A stretch of 38,101 nt of DNA from Rhodothermales bacterium (GCA_040904565.1 JBBDTI010000024.1:9588-47688); one strand, 5' to 3'. Counted from the stretch's first letter, positions 28,247-37,781 are shown. Program-made: numbers and translations. Notes: generated by a model from the sequence alone, not told the origin.

Positions 28247-29283
28247 TAGAAGTCCGCCGGCGGCTGCCAGACGTAGTACCGGAGTTCAGGCTCGGGCTGC
28301 GTGAGGACGACAGCCATCTCGTAGCGCCCGTCGCCTCGCCTCCGCACGTCGAGGTCCTGTGGAAAGAACGCCTTTCGGTACGCGGGCTCTCGTTCGGTAA
28401 GGCGCCGCACCAACAGGCCGGATCGATCGAATGCGTCGATCTGAAGCCATCCCGCTCGCATGTTCAGCACGAAGAGGTAGTCGCCGCTAGGTGCGGCCGA
28501 TGAGGTGATCAGGGGTGGTTCGTGGATGTCGCCCACGAGAAACGCGCGCGTGCGCCGCAGCATGGGCGAGTCGAAGCCGCGGAGAGCGAGCGTATCCACC
28601 TCCGCGTCCTCCGTCACGATATCGATGACGGGGCGAAAGCCTGACAGGCTGATGACGGAGTCGCCCCAGGTTCGCAGGAGTCCGGCATGGCGCCAGACGG
28701 GCCCAGGGAGACGATGCCGCTGGCCGAGCGTCCCGTCCCGCCTCACGCGGGCGACAAAGCTGTCCTCGTTCTCGTCGACGCGCTTGTAATAGATGTCGCG
28801 CCCGAACGCTCCATAGACGAGCGATGCACTGGAGCGGCCCGTGTCCTGGATCGAAATCATTTCGGCGGGGCGGCCGTCCACGAGCAGATGCATGGCCGGA
28901 CCGGATGGATCGAATACGGCGAGGGTGTCGGCGCGGACGCCGGCGAGGTAGGGGATCTCTGCCGTCTCGATGGCGGACTGGAAGGAACCCGACGTGTCGA
29001 ACACGTAGACGATGCCTGTTTCCGCATCGCTCACGTAAAGGGTGTCGGTATGCCGGTCGCCGAACCGAACGGTCCGTGGATGCACGAGAGCGGCGTCAGA
29101 TGAGGCCGAGCGCGACCAGTCCAGTTCCAGCGTATCCACAGCGACGCCGGCCGCCAATTCTCGCGAGAGGGAGTCCGACGGCATCAGCTCCGTAGACTCC
29201 TCGCGGCGGCAGGAGTAGGGAAGGCATCCCGTAAGCAGGATGAGCGCGGCCGCGGCGGCTACGCCGAAACGATGGGAGATCAT
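28246..29283 (-). CDS. Hypothetical lipoprotein, probable beta-propeller
   Basis: Lipobox LLTG-C, LYVSDAETGIVYVFD and YLFVLN blade-like segments. Starts 2 nt after the HtrA stop. Confidence 0.75.
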   Translation of the reverse strand: MISHRFGVAAAAALILLTGCLPYSCRREESTELMPSDSLSRELAAGVAVDTLELDWSRSASSDAALVHPRTVRFGDRHTDTLYVSDAETGIVYVFDTSGSFQSAIETAEIPYLAGVRADTLAVFDPSGPAMHLLVDGRPAEMISIQDTGRSSASLVYGAFGRDIYYKRVDENEDSFVARVRRDGTLGQRHRLPGPVWRHAGLLRTWGDSVISLSGFRPVIDIVTEDAEVDTLALRGFDSPMLRRTRAFLVGDIHEPPLITSSAAPSGDYLFVLNMRAGWLQIDAFDRSGLLVRRLTEREPAYRKAFFPQDLDVRRRGDGRYEMAVVLTQPEPELRYYVWQPPADF

Positions 29284-29285
29284 AG

Positions 29286-30452
29286 CTAGGGTCGGCCAAG
29301 ACGGATCGTGATGTCGCGTTCCGATCCCTCCCGGATCACGCCGAAGCGCACGTCGTCTCCCGGCCGGAAGTCATAGAGGCGAGCGACCAGGTCGCTGTGC
29401 GCCTGGATGGGCTCGCCCTCGATGGATACGATCACGTCGTAAGGTTGGAAGCCGCCTTCCTCGGCGGGCGAGTCCGGGTCGACGTCACGGACGAGCACGC
29501 CGCGCACCTCTTCGAGTCCGAGCGCCTCCGCCACGCCTCGATTGATCTCGGAGACCGTCAAGCCCGAATAGAACGAACGGTCCACCTCGCCGTGTTCGCG
29601 CAGCTCGCCGATGATCCGCAGGGCGCGATCGGTAGGGACGGCAAAGCCGATGCCGACCGATCCTCCCGTCTGGCTGTAGATCGCCGTATTTACGCCGATC
29701 ACCTCTCCCAGGGCGTTGACGAGCGGTCCGCCCGAGTTGCCCCGATTGATCGCCGCATCGGTCTGAATCATATCCCGGTAGACGCGGCCGTCGCCCGTCG
29801 GCTCGAGGTTTCGTCCGACGGCACTCACGACGCCGACCGTGACGCTAGGCTGCGCGGCTTCGAAGAGCCCGAACGGATTACCGAGGGCGATGACCCACTC
29901 GCCTACGATGGCGCCTTCACCGTCGCCGAACTCGAGAAAGGGGAGTGGGGCGTCCGGATCGACCTTGATGAGCGCGAGGTCCGAGACGGCATCCGATCCC
30001 ACGAGGCGGCCTTCGAGCGTGCGGCCGTTCGGGAAGGCGACCGTAATCGATGTGGCGTTGCGGGCGACGTGTTCGTTCGTGACGATGTAGCCGTCCGGAC
30101 TGATGACGAATCCCGAGCCTAGATTCTGTACCTGGCGTTCGATGACCCGGTCGCGGCGTTGTTGGCCGAAAAAGTACTCGATCCACGGATCCGAAAACAT
30201 GTTCGCGAACGGATCGCGATATCGTACCTGTTCTACACCGGTGACATTGACGCTCACGACGGCGGGCGACGCCTTTTCGACGGCACGGGTGATCGCTGTC
30301 ATGCGACCCACGGCGATGGACTCACTCGCTCGCGTGACGGACGTATCCGAACGGGCCTCGTCAGCCTGCCCGGCGGGCCACTGCGACTGGGCGTTGCGGT
30401 TGCACCCGAAGACGACGAAAAGAACCAGCGAAAAGACCAGAAGTCGGGGCAT
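29286..30452 (-). CDS. HtrA/DegQ-family trypsin-like serine protease with one PDZ domain (lipoprotein)
   Basis: LGSGFVI, TNEHV (His), DLALIK (Asp), TDAAINRGNSGGPL (Ser) and a C-terminal PDZ domain. Lipobox-like VFG-C. Confidence 0.95.
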   Translation of the reverse strand: MPRLLVFSLVLFVVFGCNRNAQSQWPAGQADEARSDTSVTRASESIAVGRMTAITRAVEKASPAVVSVNVTGVEQVRYRDPFANMFSDPWIEYFFGQQRRDRVIERQVQNLGSGFVISPDGYIVTNEHVARNATSITVAFPNGRTLEGRLVGSDAVSDLALIKVDPDAPLPFLEFGDGEGAIVGEWVIALGNPFGLFEAAQPSVTVGVVSAVGRNLEPTGDGRVYRDMIQTDAAINRGNSGGPLVNALGEVIGVNTAIYSQTGGSVGIGFAVPTDRALRIIGELREHGEVDRSFYSGLTVSEINRGVAEALGLEEVRGVLVRDVDPDSPAEEGGFQPYDVIVSIEGEPIQAHSDLVARLYDFRPGDDVRFGVIREGSERDITIRLGRP

Positions 30453-30588
30453 GGTCAGGCGTCTGTGCCGGAGGAAATGGCCGATGGATGAAGCGGCAAT
30501 ACGGTGGTGGATGGTCGATGCGCCTATTACAGGAATTGCCCGCCACTGGTTTCGGATCCGGCGACGCTGTGCCAGGGGCTCCGAAGGG

Positions 30589-31416
30589 TTATAAGAGCGC
30601 GTCCCACAGGAGCCTCACTGCGACGATGCCGGCCAGCGCCGCAAAACTCAGGCGTAATGACCGGCGATTGATCCGATGGGCGGTCCACACGCCGAGGTGA
30701 GCCGTCACCATGGCCGGCACCGCCAGGAGAAGCCCCCGGACGGCATCGACATAGCCTACGGCGAGATCAGGCACGTCGGCGCCGAGGCCCAGCAGGGCAT
30801 AATTGAGAACACCTACCAGAGAAATGAGCACGATCGTGGCGCTCGACGTTCCGGTTGCCACGTGAATCGGCAGGCCGAGGAAGTGGCTGTAGGCGGGTAC
30901 GAGGACGACGCCGCCCCCGACACCTGCTGCGGAAGCAACGGCTCCGGCGACGGTGCCCGTCCCGGCGAGTACCGGCCACCCGTGTCGACGATCTCGCCCG
31001 TCGGCGTCGCCGGCATCCACGCGGGGGCGTGCGATCATCCGTGTGATGAGCACGAGCAGCACCGTACTGAATACGACCTGGAAGACGGTACCGTCGTACC
31101 AGGGCTGCGTCGTGACGAAACGCGTCATCAGGAACACGGCGAGCGCGCTGAACAGTCCGACGCTGAGCGCGATGCGCGACACGACCGCCTGCTTGCCGTA
31201 CTGGGCCCAGGTGCTGATGGCGGCGGCGATAAGCGTGCAGAACAGGCTCGACCCGATCGTGAGCGGTGCAATGACCGTCGACGAAATGCCGATGGCCTGA
31301 TAGTAGAAAAAGAGAACGGGAGCAAAGATGATTCCCCCGCCCACGCCGATGAGTCCGGCCACGAAGCCGGCTGCCAGTCCGGCACCGACGAGGAGCATCA
31401 GGTGACTTGGATCCAT
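30589..31416 (-). CDS. Sulfite exporter TauE/SafE family membrane protein
   Basis: Duplicated G-x-G-G-G motifs (GLIGVGGGIIFAP; GVGGGVVLVP) and ATGTS, with about 8 TM segments. Confidence 0.9.
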   Translation of the reverse strand: MDPSHLMLLVGAGLAAGFVAGLIGVGGGIIFAPVLFFYYQAIGISSTVIAPLTIGSSLFCTLIAAAISTWAQYGKQAVVSRIALSVGLFSALAVFLMTRFVTTQPWYDGTVFQVVFSTVLLVLITRMIARPRVDAGDADGRDRRHGWPVLAGTGTVAGAVASAAGVGGGVVLVPAYSHFLGLPIHVATGTSSATIVLISLVGVLNYALLGLGADVPDLAVGYVDAVRGLLLAVPAMVTAHLGVWTAHRINRRSLRLSFAALAGIVAVRLLWDALL

Positions 31417-31436
31417 AGAAGGAACGGCCGAAACGC

Positions 31437-33104
31437 TTAGCGGCTCGTGAGGATGCTGTCGTATTCGGACCGGTCCTTGAGCAGTGATGCGGCGGCCAGG
31501 ATCTGCTGATCGTGATCGAAGGAGGCTTCGATCTGGCCCGATGTGCCAAAGTATCGCGTGAGGATTTCGGCACGCAGGCGTTCTTTCAGCTCGGCATCGA
31601 GGCGTACGAAATCAGCCTGTTTCTCGGCCCGAACGGCTTCACGAAGGGCCGCGAGCTCGTCGCCGGTCGACGTATAGCCACTCTCGGTGAGATCGTCCGC
31701 CAGGGCGTCCACGACGCGCTCGGCGTTGGTGCGATACGTGAAGTCTTCCTCTTCGAGCCACGTCCGAAAATCGGCCATGACCTCGTCCGTCACCACGAAC
31801 TCACGCTGAATGGAGTCGTTTTGAGCAGAGAAATGATTGGCGTAGAAGAAGAACCCGGCCCGGCGCGTGAGCGCTGCTTCGAGATCGCTTTCTTCCCCGG
31901 GAGAGACGACCACGTCGGGGCGGATGCCGCTGCCGTTTCGTACTTCGCGGCCGTTGGCCGTGTGATGCGTACGCTGCAGCGAATCGGGCACGGCCGTCTG
32001 GCGGCCGTCGTGTCGACCGTAATCGATGGACTGAATGCTGCGGCCGCTCGGAGTGTAGTACTTGGAAGTCGTCAGCTTCAGCGAGGTGTTATAGGGAAGC
32101 GGCTTGATGATCTGAACGAGGCCCTTGCCGAAGGACGTCGTACCGACGATCACGGCGCGGTCGAGATCCTGAAAGGCGCCGGCGACGATTTCGCTCGCGG
32201 AGGCCGTCAGATCGTTGACCAGGACCGCTAGCGGGAGATCCGGTGCCACGGGAGGAAGCTTGCTCCGGTATACCCGCTCCGTCTCCGGCCGGCGTCCGCG
32301 TGTCGACACGATCACGGAGCCCTGCGGTACGAAGATCTGCGAAATGGCCACCGCCGCATCGAGGAGTCCACCCGGGTTATCGCGCAGATCGATGATGAGT
32401 CCGTTGAGCGACCCGGATTCCCGCAGGTCCTGCAGTGCGGATCGTACTTCATCCTCGGCCCCGCGCGCGAACCGATCGAGCTTGATGTATCCGATGCCGG
32501 AAGCCAGGTCGACATACCCGGCGTGTGCCACATTCTTCAACCGTACGTGTTCCCGGGTCAGTACGAAATGAAGGGGCTGCGGCTCCCCCTCGCGTTCGAT
32601 GGTCAACTCGACGACGGTTCCGGGCTCGCCGCGCAGCAAACCGCGGATGTCGCTTAGCGAAAGGTCGTCGCTGGAACGTCCCTCTATCTCCGTGATGACG
32701 TCCCCGGTGCGGACGCCCTGTTTGTAGCCGCTCGTTCCCTCGATGGGCGACAGCACGATGATGGAGCCGTCGCGGACGTCGAGGTTGAGCCCGACACCCC
32801 CGTACTGCCCCCTCGTGATGATATCGATGTCGGCATTATCAGCCTCATCGATGAACGTCGTATACGGGTCGAGGTCCGCCAGCATTGCGTCGATGCCGGA
32901 CCGCATGAGTCGTTCCGCGTCGAGGGGATCCACGTAGCCGCCAATCAGCTCTTCGTAGACCGCACTGAAGATCTGGAAATTCTTCCGGAGCGCGAAAAAC
33001 TCATCATCCGGCATCCAGAAGCCGGCGGCAAGGCCCGTCACCAGCGTGACGAGTACGACGACGATGATCGGCAGGCGTTTACCTGCTGTGGTTCGCATAC
33101 GCAT
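31437..33104 (-). CDS. S41 family carboxyl-terminal processing protease (CtpA/Prc-like)
   Basis: N-terminal anchor, LDPYT, PDZ domain, IIDLRDNPGGLL, TASASEIVAG (Ser), SFGKGLVQ (Lys) and KYYTPSGRSIQ. Start may be 33110, 33104 or 33098. Confidence 0.95.
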   Translation of the reverse strand: MRMRTTAGKRLPIIVVVLVTLVTGLAAGFWMPDDEFFALRKNFQIFSAVYEELIGGYVDPLDAERLMRSGIDAMLADLDPYTTFIDEADNADIDIITRGQYGGVGLNLDVRDGSIIVLSPIEGTSGYKQGVRTGDVITEIEGRSSDDLSLSDIRGLLRGEPGTVVELTIEREGEPQPLHFVLTREHVRLKNVAHAGYVDLASGIGYIKLDRFARGAEDEVRSALQDLRESGSLNGLIIDLRDNPGGLLDAAVAISQIFVPQGSVIVSTRGRRPETERVYRSKLPPVAPDLPLAVLVNDLTASASEIVAGAFQDLDRAVIVGTTSFGKGLVQIIKPLPYNTSLKLTTSKYYTPSGRSIQSIDYGRHDGRQTAVPDSLQRTHHTANGREVRNGSGIRPDVVVSPGEESDLEAALTRRAGFFFYANHFSAQNDSIQREFVVTDEVMADFRTWLEEEDFTYRTNAERVVDALADDLTESGYTSTGDELAALREAVRAEKQADFVRLDAELKERLRAEILTRYFGTSGQIEASFDHDQQILAAASLLKDRSEYDSILTSR

Positions 33105-33149
33105 GGCCACGTACCTGAACGCTCATGTTCCAACGATGTCGTATCGAGA

Positions 33150-34022
33150 CTAGCCCAGCGCCTTCTTCATCTCGCGTTCGCGGCGCCGTTCCACCCTCTT
33201 CGTAATCCAGATGGATAGCTCGTACAGCCCCATCATGGGCAGTGCGATGAGCAGCTGCGAGACGGGATCGGGCGGCGTCATCACCGCGGCGAGGATGAGG
33301 ACGATGATAAACGCATACTTGCGGCTCTTCCGCATGACCTCGGAGCTAACCAGCCCGAGTTTGGCAAGAAAGTACATCAGGACCGGCAGCTCGAAGAGGA
33401 CGCCCACGCCGAACACCCACATCGTGACCATCCCGAAGTATTTCGTGATGTCGAACTGGTTAAGAATCTGATCCGAGATGATGAAGTTGGCGAAAAACTG
33501 CAGGGCCATCGGCGTGATGATGCAGTAGCCGAACAGGATGCCGAGGACGAAGAAGCCGGTCGCGAAGACGGAGGCAAACCGCATCCCCTTCTTCTCGTCG
33601 GGATACAGCCCGGGCTCGATGAATTTCCACATCTGGTAGATGAAGACGGGCGATCCGAGGATGACGCCGACGACGATCACGGAGCCCCAGTAGGCGAAGA
33701 ACTGCCCGGTGATGGTACGATTCAGCAGATCGAGGGGCGTGGCCTCGAAGCCGAAGATCTGGTACATGAAGAAGTCCGGGTACGTAGGACCAAGCAGGAT
33801 TTCATCGATGATGAAGTCGTCGAAGAATCCGCAGATGACGGCGCCGAGGAGAATGCCGCCGAGACCTCGGAGCAGGCGCCACCGGAGTTCCTCTAGATGA
33901 TCGAGGAAGGACATCTCCCGCAGCGCTTCGGCCAGGTCGAGCTCTTCCGAGGCGCCGTCCCCCTGCGCGGCGGGAAGCGCCTTGTCGGCTGTGGACGATG
34001 TACCGGATCCGAAGAGACTCAT
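33150..34022 (-). CDS. tatC: Twin-arginine translocase subunit TatC
   Basis: EMSFLDHLEELRWRL, YQMWKFIEPGLYPDEK, FELP, TPPDPVSQ and LYELSI motifs. Confidence 0.97.
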   Translation of the reverse strand: MSLFGSGTSSTADKALPAAQGDGASEELDLAEALREMSFLDHLEELRWRLLRGLGGILLGAVICGFFDDFIIDEILLGPTYPDFFMYQIFGFEATPLDLLNRTITGQFFAYWGSVIVVGVILGSPVFIYQMWKFIEPGLYPDEKKGMRFASVFATGFFVLGILFGYCIITPMALQFFANFIISDQILNQFDITKYFGMVTMWVFGVGVLFELPVLMYFLAKLGLVSSEVMRKSRKYAFIIVLILAAVMTPPDPVSQLLIALPMMGLYELSIWITKRVERRREREMKKALG

Positions 34023-34140
34023 GGATTATTATCTCGAAAAGATACGCCGAGGATGGAAACGATTTGACCCCAGGCGTTCGCCGCTCGTTCCCGGTGGGTT
34101 GGACCTTCGGAACCGTGGATCGTTCCGCTCTCGGAGGGGC

Positions 34141-34740
34141 CTAAATCGAGTCCGAGCTGCTCTGCGTACCCTCACGCAGGTTCAGGTCGAGCAGCGAATC
34201 GACCCACACGTCGTCGCCCTCGACGCGAGACCGCCCGCCGCTCCACGTGAAATTGAACAGGGTCATCACGCCGACCACGTTAAAGCCGTCTTCCCGAAGC
34301 AGGAAGAGCGCCCTCGAGGCGCTGCGGCCGCTGTTCAGAATGTCGTCGAGTAAAACGACGGGCTTGGACCGGTCGAGCGGGCCCTCGACGAGGCGGCGTC
34401 GCCCATGCGGTTTTCGCTGCTCGCGAACGAATCCTCCCGCGAATGACGGGGAGCCGTCCGACGCCAGCACGGCACATACCATCGAATAGGCCCCAAAGCC
34501 GTATCCGGCGATCTGGTAGACGTCCTTCGATCGAAGCCGATCGGCCAGCACGTTTCCGACCTCATTGAACATCCGGCCGTCGAGCATCGGGATCCGCGTG
34601 TCGAGAAGCCAGCCGATCGACTGGCCTCGCGGATCCGTGATCAACTCGTGTTCGCGCCGAACGAGAGCCTTCTCGTACAGGCGGCGACCCAGATCGACGA
34701 GATCTGCATAGGTCGATGGTGATAGTGTGCCGTTCGTCAT
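34141..34740 (-). CDS. Type I phosphoribosyltransferase, orotate PRTase (PyrE)-like but divergent
   Basis: PRPP-binding loop VVLLDDILNSGRS and flexible loop VREQRKPHGRRRLVEG. The N-terminal hood is atypical. Confidence 0.8.
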   Translation of the reverse strand: MTNGTLSPSTYADLVDLGRRLYEKALVRREHELITDPRGQSIGWLLDTRIPMLDGRMFNEVGNVLADRLRSKDVYQIAGYGFGAYSMVCAVLASDGSPSFAGGFVREQRKPHGRRRLVEGPLDRSKPVVLLDDILNSGRSASRALFLLREDGFNVVGVMTLFNFTWSGGRSRVEGDDVWVDSLLDLNLREGTQSSSDSI

Positions 34741-34816
34741 TCGGTTCGGAATATCCCCGCAGGTAACGGTGTACCCGTCGCGGTATTCACAAAAGAGTAT
34801 TCACAACATAGTGAAG

Positions 34817-34841
34817 GCAGGCCGGTCCCGGACCGGCCTGC
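34817..34841 (-). terminator. GC-rich hairpin downstream of glyA (possible terminator)
   Basis: Perfect 11-bp stem GCAGGCCGGTC-ccg-GACCGGCCTGC. The U-tail is poor (CTTCACTATGTT on the minus strand). Confidence 0.4.
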
Positions 34842-34946
34842 TCGAGCAACGCAAGGTTTAAGCCCGTTCGTGAACAGGTTAATATCGCGATCCGTTCCGA
34901 GCGCCCGCATTCATCACCAAGCAGAAAAGGTGCCGAATACGCCCGG

Positions 34947-36254
34947 TTACGCTGTTACGAAGTCGTAGAGCGGGAAGTGGTGGCAGAGTTCATTTACTTC
35001 CCCCTGGACGGCCTGCTGGACGGAATCGTTCTCTACGTCGGACAGTACGCGGTCCATCAGCTCGACGACCTGCCGGAATTCCGCGGTACCAAATCCTCTG
35101 CTCGTCATGGCCGGTGTGCCTACGCGGATACCGCTCGTCACGAAGGGGCTCTTGTCGTCGAACGGCACCATATTCATATTCACCGTGATGTCTGCACGCT
35201 GCAGCGCGGCTTCAGCCGCCTTTCCGGTGAGGCCCTTGCTGCGGAGGTCGATGAGCATGAGATGATTGTCTGTCCCGCCGGACACCAGTTCGTAGCCCCG
35301 TTCGACGAACGCGTCCGCCATGACGGAGGCATTTTCGACCACATTACGTGCGTAGTCGGAAAAATCGGAACGCAGGGCTTCGCCGAAGGAGACCGCTTTC
35401 GCGGCGATCACGTGCATGAGCGGGCCCCCCTGTGTTCCGGGAAAGACGGCGGCGTCGAACAGCTCGCTCATTTGTTTGACGCGGCCTGATTTCCTCGCGG
35501 TCTTGCCGAACGTGTTCTCGTAGTCCGACCCGATAAGCAGCATGCCCCCGCGCGGGCCTCGCAGCGTCTTATGCGTCGTCGTCGACACGATGTGGGAGTG
35601 GGGCAGGGGGTCGTTCAACACGTCGGCGGCAATGAGCCCCGCCGTATGGGCCATATCCATCCACAAGAACGCGCCGACTTCGTCGGCGATCTCGCGGAAC
35701 GCTGCGTAGTCGAAATCGCGCGGATAGGCACTCGCGCCGATGGAGATCATCTTGGGCTTCACCTCTCGGGCCTTTTCCCGCACCTTGGCCATGTCGATCC
35801 GCCCGGCGAGCGGGCCGTCCTTCTCGACGCCGTAGTATTCGGCGTTATAAAGGAGCCCCGAGAAATTGACCGGACTTCCATGGGTCAGGTGGCCGCCGTG
35901 CGAGAGGTTAAGCCCCAGAAACGTGTCGCCCGGCTCGAGGAGTGTAAGGAATACGGCTGCGTTGGCCTGCGCGCCGGAATGTGGCTGGACGTTGACCCAG
36001 TCGCATCCGAACAGCTCTCGGGCACGCTCGCGAGCCAGGTCTTCGACGATGTCGACGTACCGGCAACCCCCGTAATAGCGCTTGCCGGGCAGCCCTTCAG
36101 CGTACTTGTTGGTAAGCGGCGTTCCCATTGCCTCGAGCACGGCGCGGGACACGAAATTTTCGGAGGCGATCAGTTCGAGGCCGTCGTTCTGGCGCTCGAC
36201 CTCCTTCTCGATGGCTGCGTAAACCTGTGGATCGTTACGTTGGAGTTCGCTCAT
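34947..36254 (-). CDS. glyA: Serine hydroxymethyltransferase
   Basis: [55 protein letters not shown] and QGGPLMH motifs. Confidence 0.99.
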   Translation of the reverse strand: MSELQRNDPQVYAAIEKEVERQNDGLELIASENFVSRAVLEAMGTPLTNKYAEGLPGKRYYGGCRYVDIVEDLARERARELFGCDWVNVQPHSGAQANAAVFLTLLEPGDTFLGLNLSHGGHLTHGSPVNFSGLLYNAEYYGVEKDGPLAGRIDMAKVREKAREVKPKMISIGASAYPRDFDYAAFREIADEVGAFLWMDMAHTAGLIAADVLNDPLPHSHIVSTTTHKTLRGPRGGMLLIGSDYENTFGKTARKSGRVKQMSELFDAAVFPGTQGGPLMHVIAAKAVSFGEALRSDFSDYARNVVENASVMADAFVERGYELVSGGTDNHLMLIDLRSKGLTGKAAEAALQRADITVNMNMVPFDDKSPFVTSGIRVGTPAMTSRGFGTAEFRQVVELMDRVLSDVENDSVQQAVQGEVNELCHHFPLYDFVTA

Positions 36255-36596
36255 GGTGTCTATACTTCGGGATTAAATATGCCGCGGTCCGAACCGTGTG
36301 CTGCACCGCGTGCCGGGCGGCGCGCTGTCCATCCGACCACCCCAGCCGGCTTTCCAGCCGCCTGCCCGGCCCACTGCTCAGTCACCCGCTGGATCCGCTG
36401 ATGAGTCCGTAGCGGCGGGACGCTCCAGTTCGAGGAACTGTCCCGCAATGCCGAGAAACTTTCAGTGAGCCTCGTCCGACTCGCGTCCGTCAAGTTCAAT
36501 AGTATACGTGCTGAAAACGAGATAATTGTCCCGTTCCGTGAACCGGTCCACATACGCGGCCGTGAGGCCGCCTCACGACGGCCGGCGACGCCGTAC

Positions 36597-36639
36597 CGGC
36601 GCGGTGTGCAACGCGGAGCCGCGCAATGTATCAACGGCC
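36597..36639. repeat. Second, partial copy of the MITE-like element's right end
   Basis: 38 of 43 nt identical to 28203-28245 by manual alignment, in the same orientation. Lies 2 nt from the DUF4159 stop codon. Confidence 0.8.
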
Positions 36640-36641
36640 CT

Positions 36642-37310
36642 CTAATACATTAGGGCGTAGGTAACGATGTTCGTGCCCATGCGAAGGGCGGCCTCTCGCT
36701 TGTCGGGAGGCGTATTGTGCACGTTGGGTGCTTCCCATCCGTCGCTGATATTGGTTTCGTATGTGTAATAGACCACGAGACGTCCGTCGTGGAACAGACC
36801 ATAGCCGCGAGGCGCCTCGTTGTCGTGTTCGTGGATCTTGGGAAGCCCGCTCGTGAACGTGAAATGCGTGTCGTAGATCTCGTGGTCGAAAGGCAGCTCG
36901 ACGAACTCCTTCTCCGGGAAGACCTTTTTCATCTCCCGCCGGATATATTCGTCGAGTCCGTAGTCGTCGTCCACATACAGGAAGCCTCCGTTCTCGAGAT
37001 ACCTTCGCAGCCTGCGTGCTTCGTCGTCCGACAGGACTACGTTACCGTGGCCCGAAAGAAAGAGGAGCGGGTAGCTGAATACCTTGTCGCTGGAGAGCTC
37101 GACGACGTCCGGCTGGGGCGCCAGATCCAGCAGCGTGTTTTCGCGCACGTATCGAAGAAGATTCGGCAGAGGCGTCTGTGCCTGGTACCAGTCGCCACCC
37201 CCGTCGTACTTGACGGCGGCCACGCTAACGGAGCCGCCATCCTGCGCCCTCGCGGGCGTCACGCACGTCGCCGCCGCCAGAATCGGTATAAGGAGAAGTG
37301 CAATTCGCAT
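36642..37310 (-). CDS. DUF4159 domain-containing secreted protein
   Basis: Signal peptide, KYDGGGDWY, YPLLFLSGHG, YLENGGFLYVDDDYG, LPKIHEHD and ALRMGTNI motifs. Confidence 0.88.
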   Translation of the reverse strand: MRIALLLIPILAAATCVTPARAQDGGSVSVAAVKYDGGGDWYQAQTPLPNLLRYVRENTLLDLAPQPDVVELSSDKVFSYPLLFLSGHGNVVLSDDEARRLRRYLENGGFLYVDDDYGLDEYIRREMKKVFPEKEFVELPFDHEIYDTHFTFTSGLPKIHEHDNEAPRGYGLFHDGRLVVYYTYETNISDGWEAPNVHNTPPDKREAALRMGTNIVTYALMY

Positions 37311-37562
37311 GATACTTCGTGAGACCGTGTCGTCCTTGCTCTAGACCGCTCCGGACCGAACGCCGCTCGAAAGGATAGAGTTCTGTAACGGCAGCAGGAG
37401 AGGGAAGTTTGGGGAGGTCCGGATGAGAGCGTGGGGGGCGAACGGTCGGCCATGGAAGGGGCGCGGCGTCGGAGGATCCCGTGCGGCACCGAGTCGTTAG
37501 GGGCATGAGCTTTCGTGGGATGAACAACACAGGATGTCGGGGGATCGTAAATGTACAGATGG

Positions 37563-37781
37563 ATGCGTACGATTCTCGTGTCGCTGCTCGCGGCCGCCGG
37601 GGTGCTCGTGTTGAAGGCGCTTTGGACGCGGAGCCTTCCTGTGCGCCGCGCATCGGGCCGGATGCCGACGCCTCGGCCGACGCACGGGCCGACGCACGAA
37701 GACGTCGTCGACGCGCTGAGCGACGAGGAAAAGGAACGCTTGCTGGAAGAACTGGGAGGTCAGGTCTACGGTCATGTTTGA
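37563..37781 (+). CDS. Hypothetical small membrane-anchored protein
   Basis: N-terminal hydrophobic helix (ILVSLLAAAGVLVLKALW) and a C-terminal amphipathic DALSDEEKERLLEEL. Overlaps the next ORF by 8 nt. Confidence 0.6.
   Translation: MRTILVSLLAAAGVLVLKALWTRSLPVRRASGRMPTPRPTHGPTHEDVVDALSDEEKERLLEELGGQVYGHV

Noticed and set aside
28074-28304. ORFs 28074-28304 and 36465-36653 sharing the peptide RRGVQR.AAQ.ING
   Set aside because: The shared peptide is simply the translation of the non-coding repeat copies, not evidence of a protein family.
36376-36470. Hammerhead ribozyme on the plus strand (CTGATGAGTCC...GGAC and a later GAAAC)
   Set aside because: GGAC is followed by GCTC rather than GAAA. 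The distal GAAAC lacks the closing pair for stem II, and stem I cannot form.
36255-36500. ZTP (pfl), glycine, THF or SAH riboswitch upstream of glyA
   Set aside because: Only fragments match (GTGACTG; GCCGCCCG). The required GACTGGCG/CGCCTGGGC pseudoknot and the glycine GGAGA/CTCTCAGG motifs are absent. Kept only as an unassigned structured leader.
37485-37496. GGCACCGAGTCG, identical to part of the SpCas9 tracrRNA 3' hairpin
   Set aside because: Only 12 nt match, the hairpin is not completed (no GGTGC), and there is no anti-repeat or cas9. This is a chance match.
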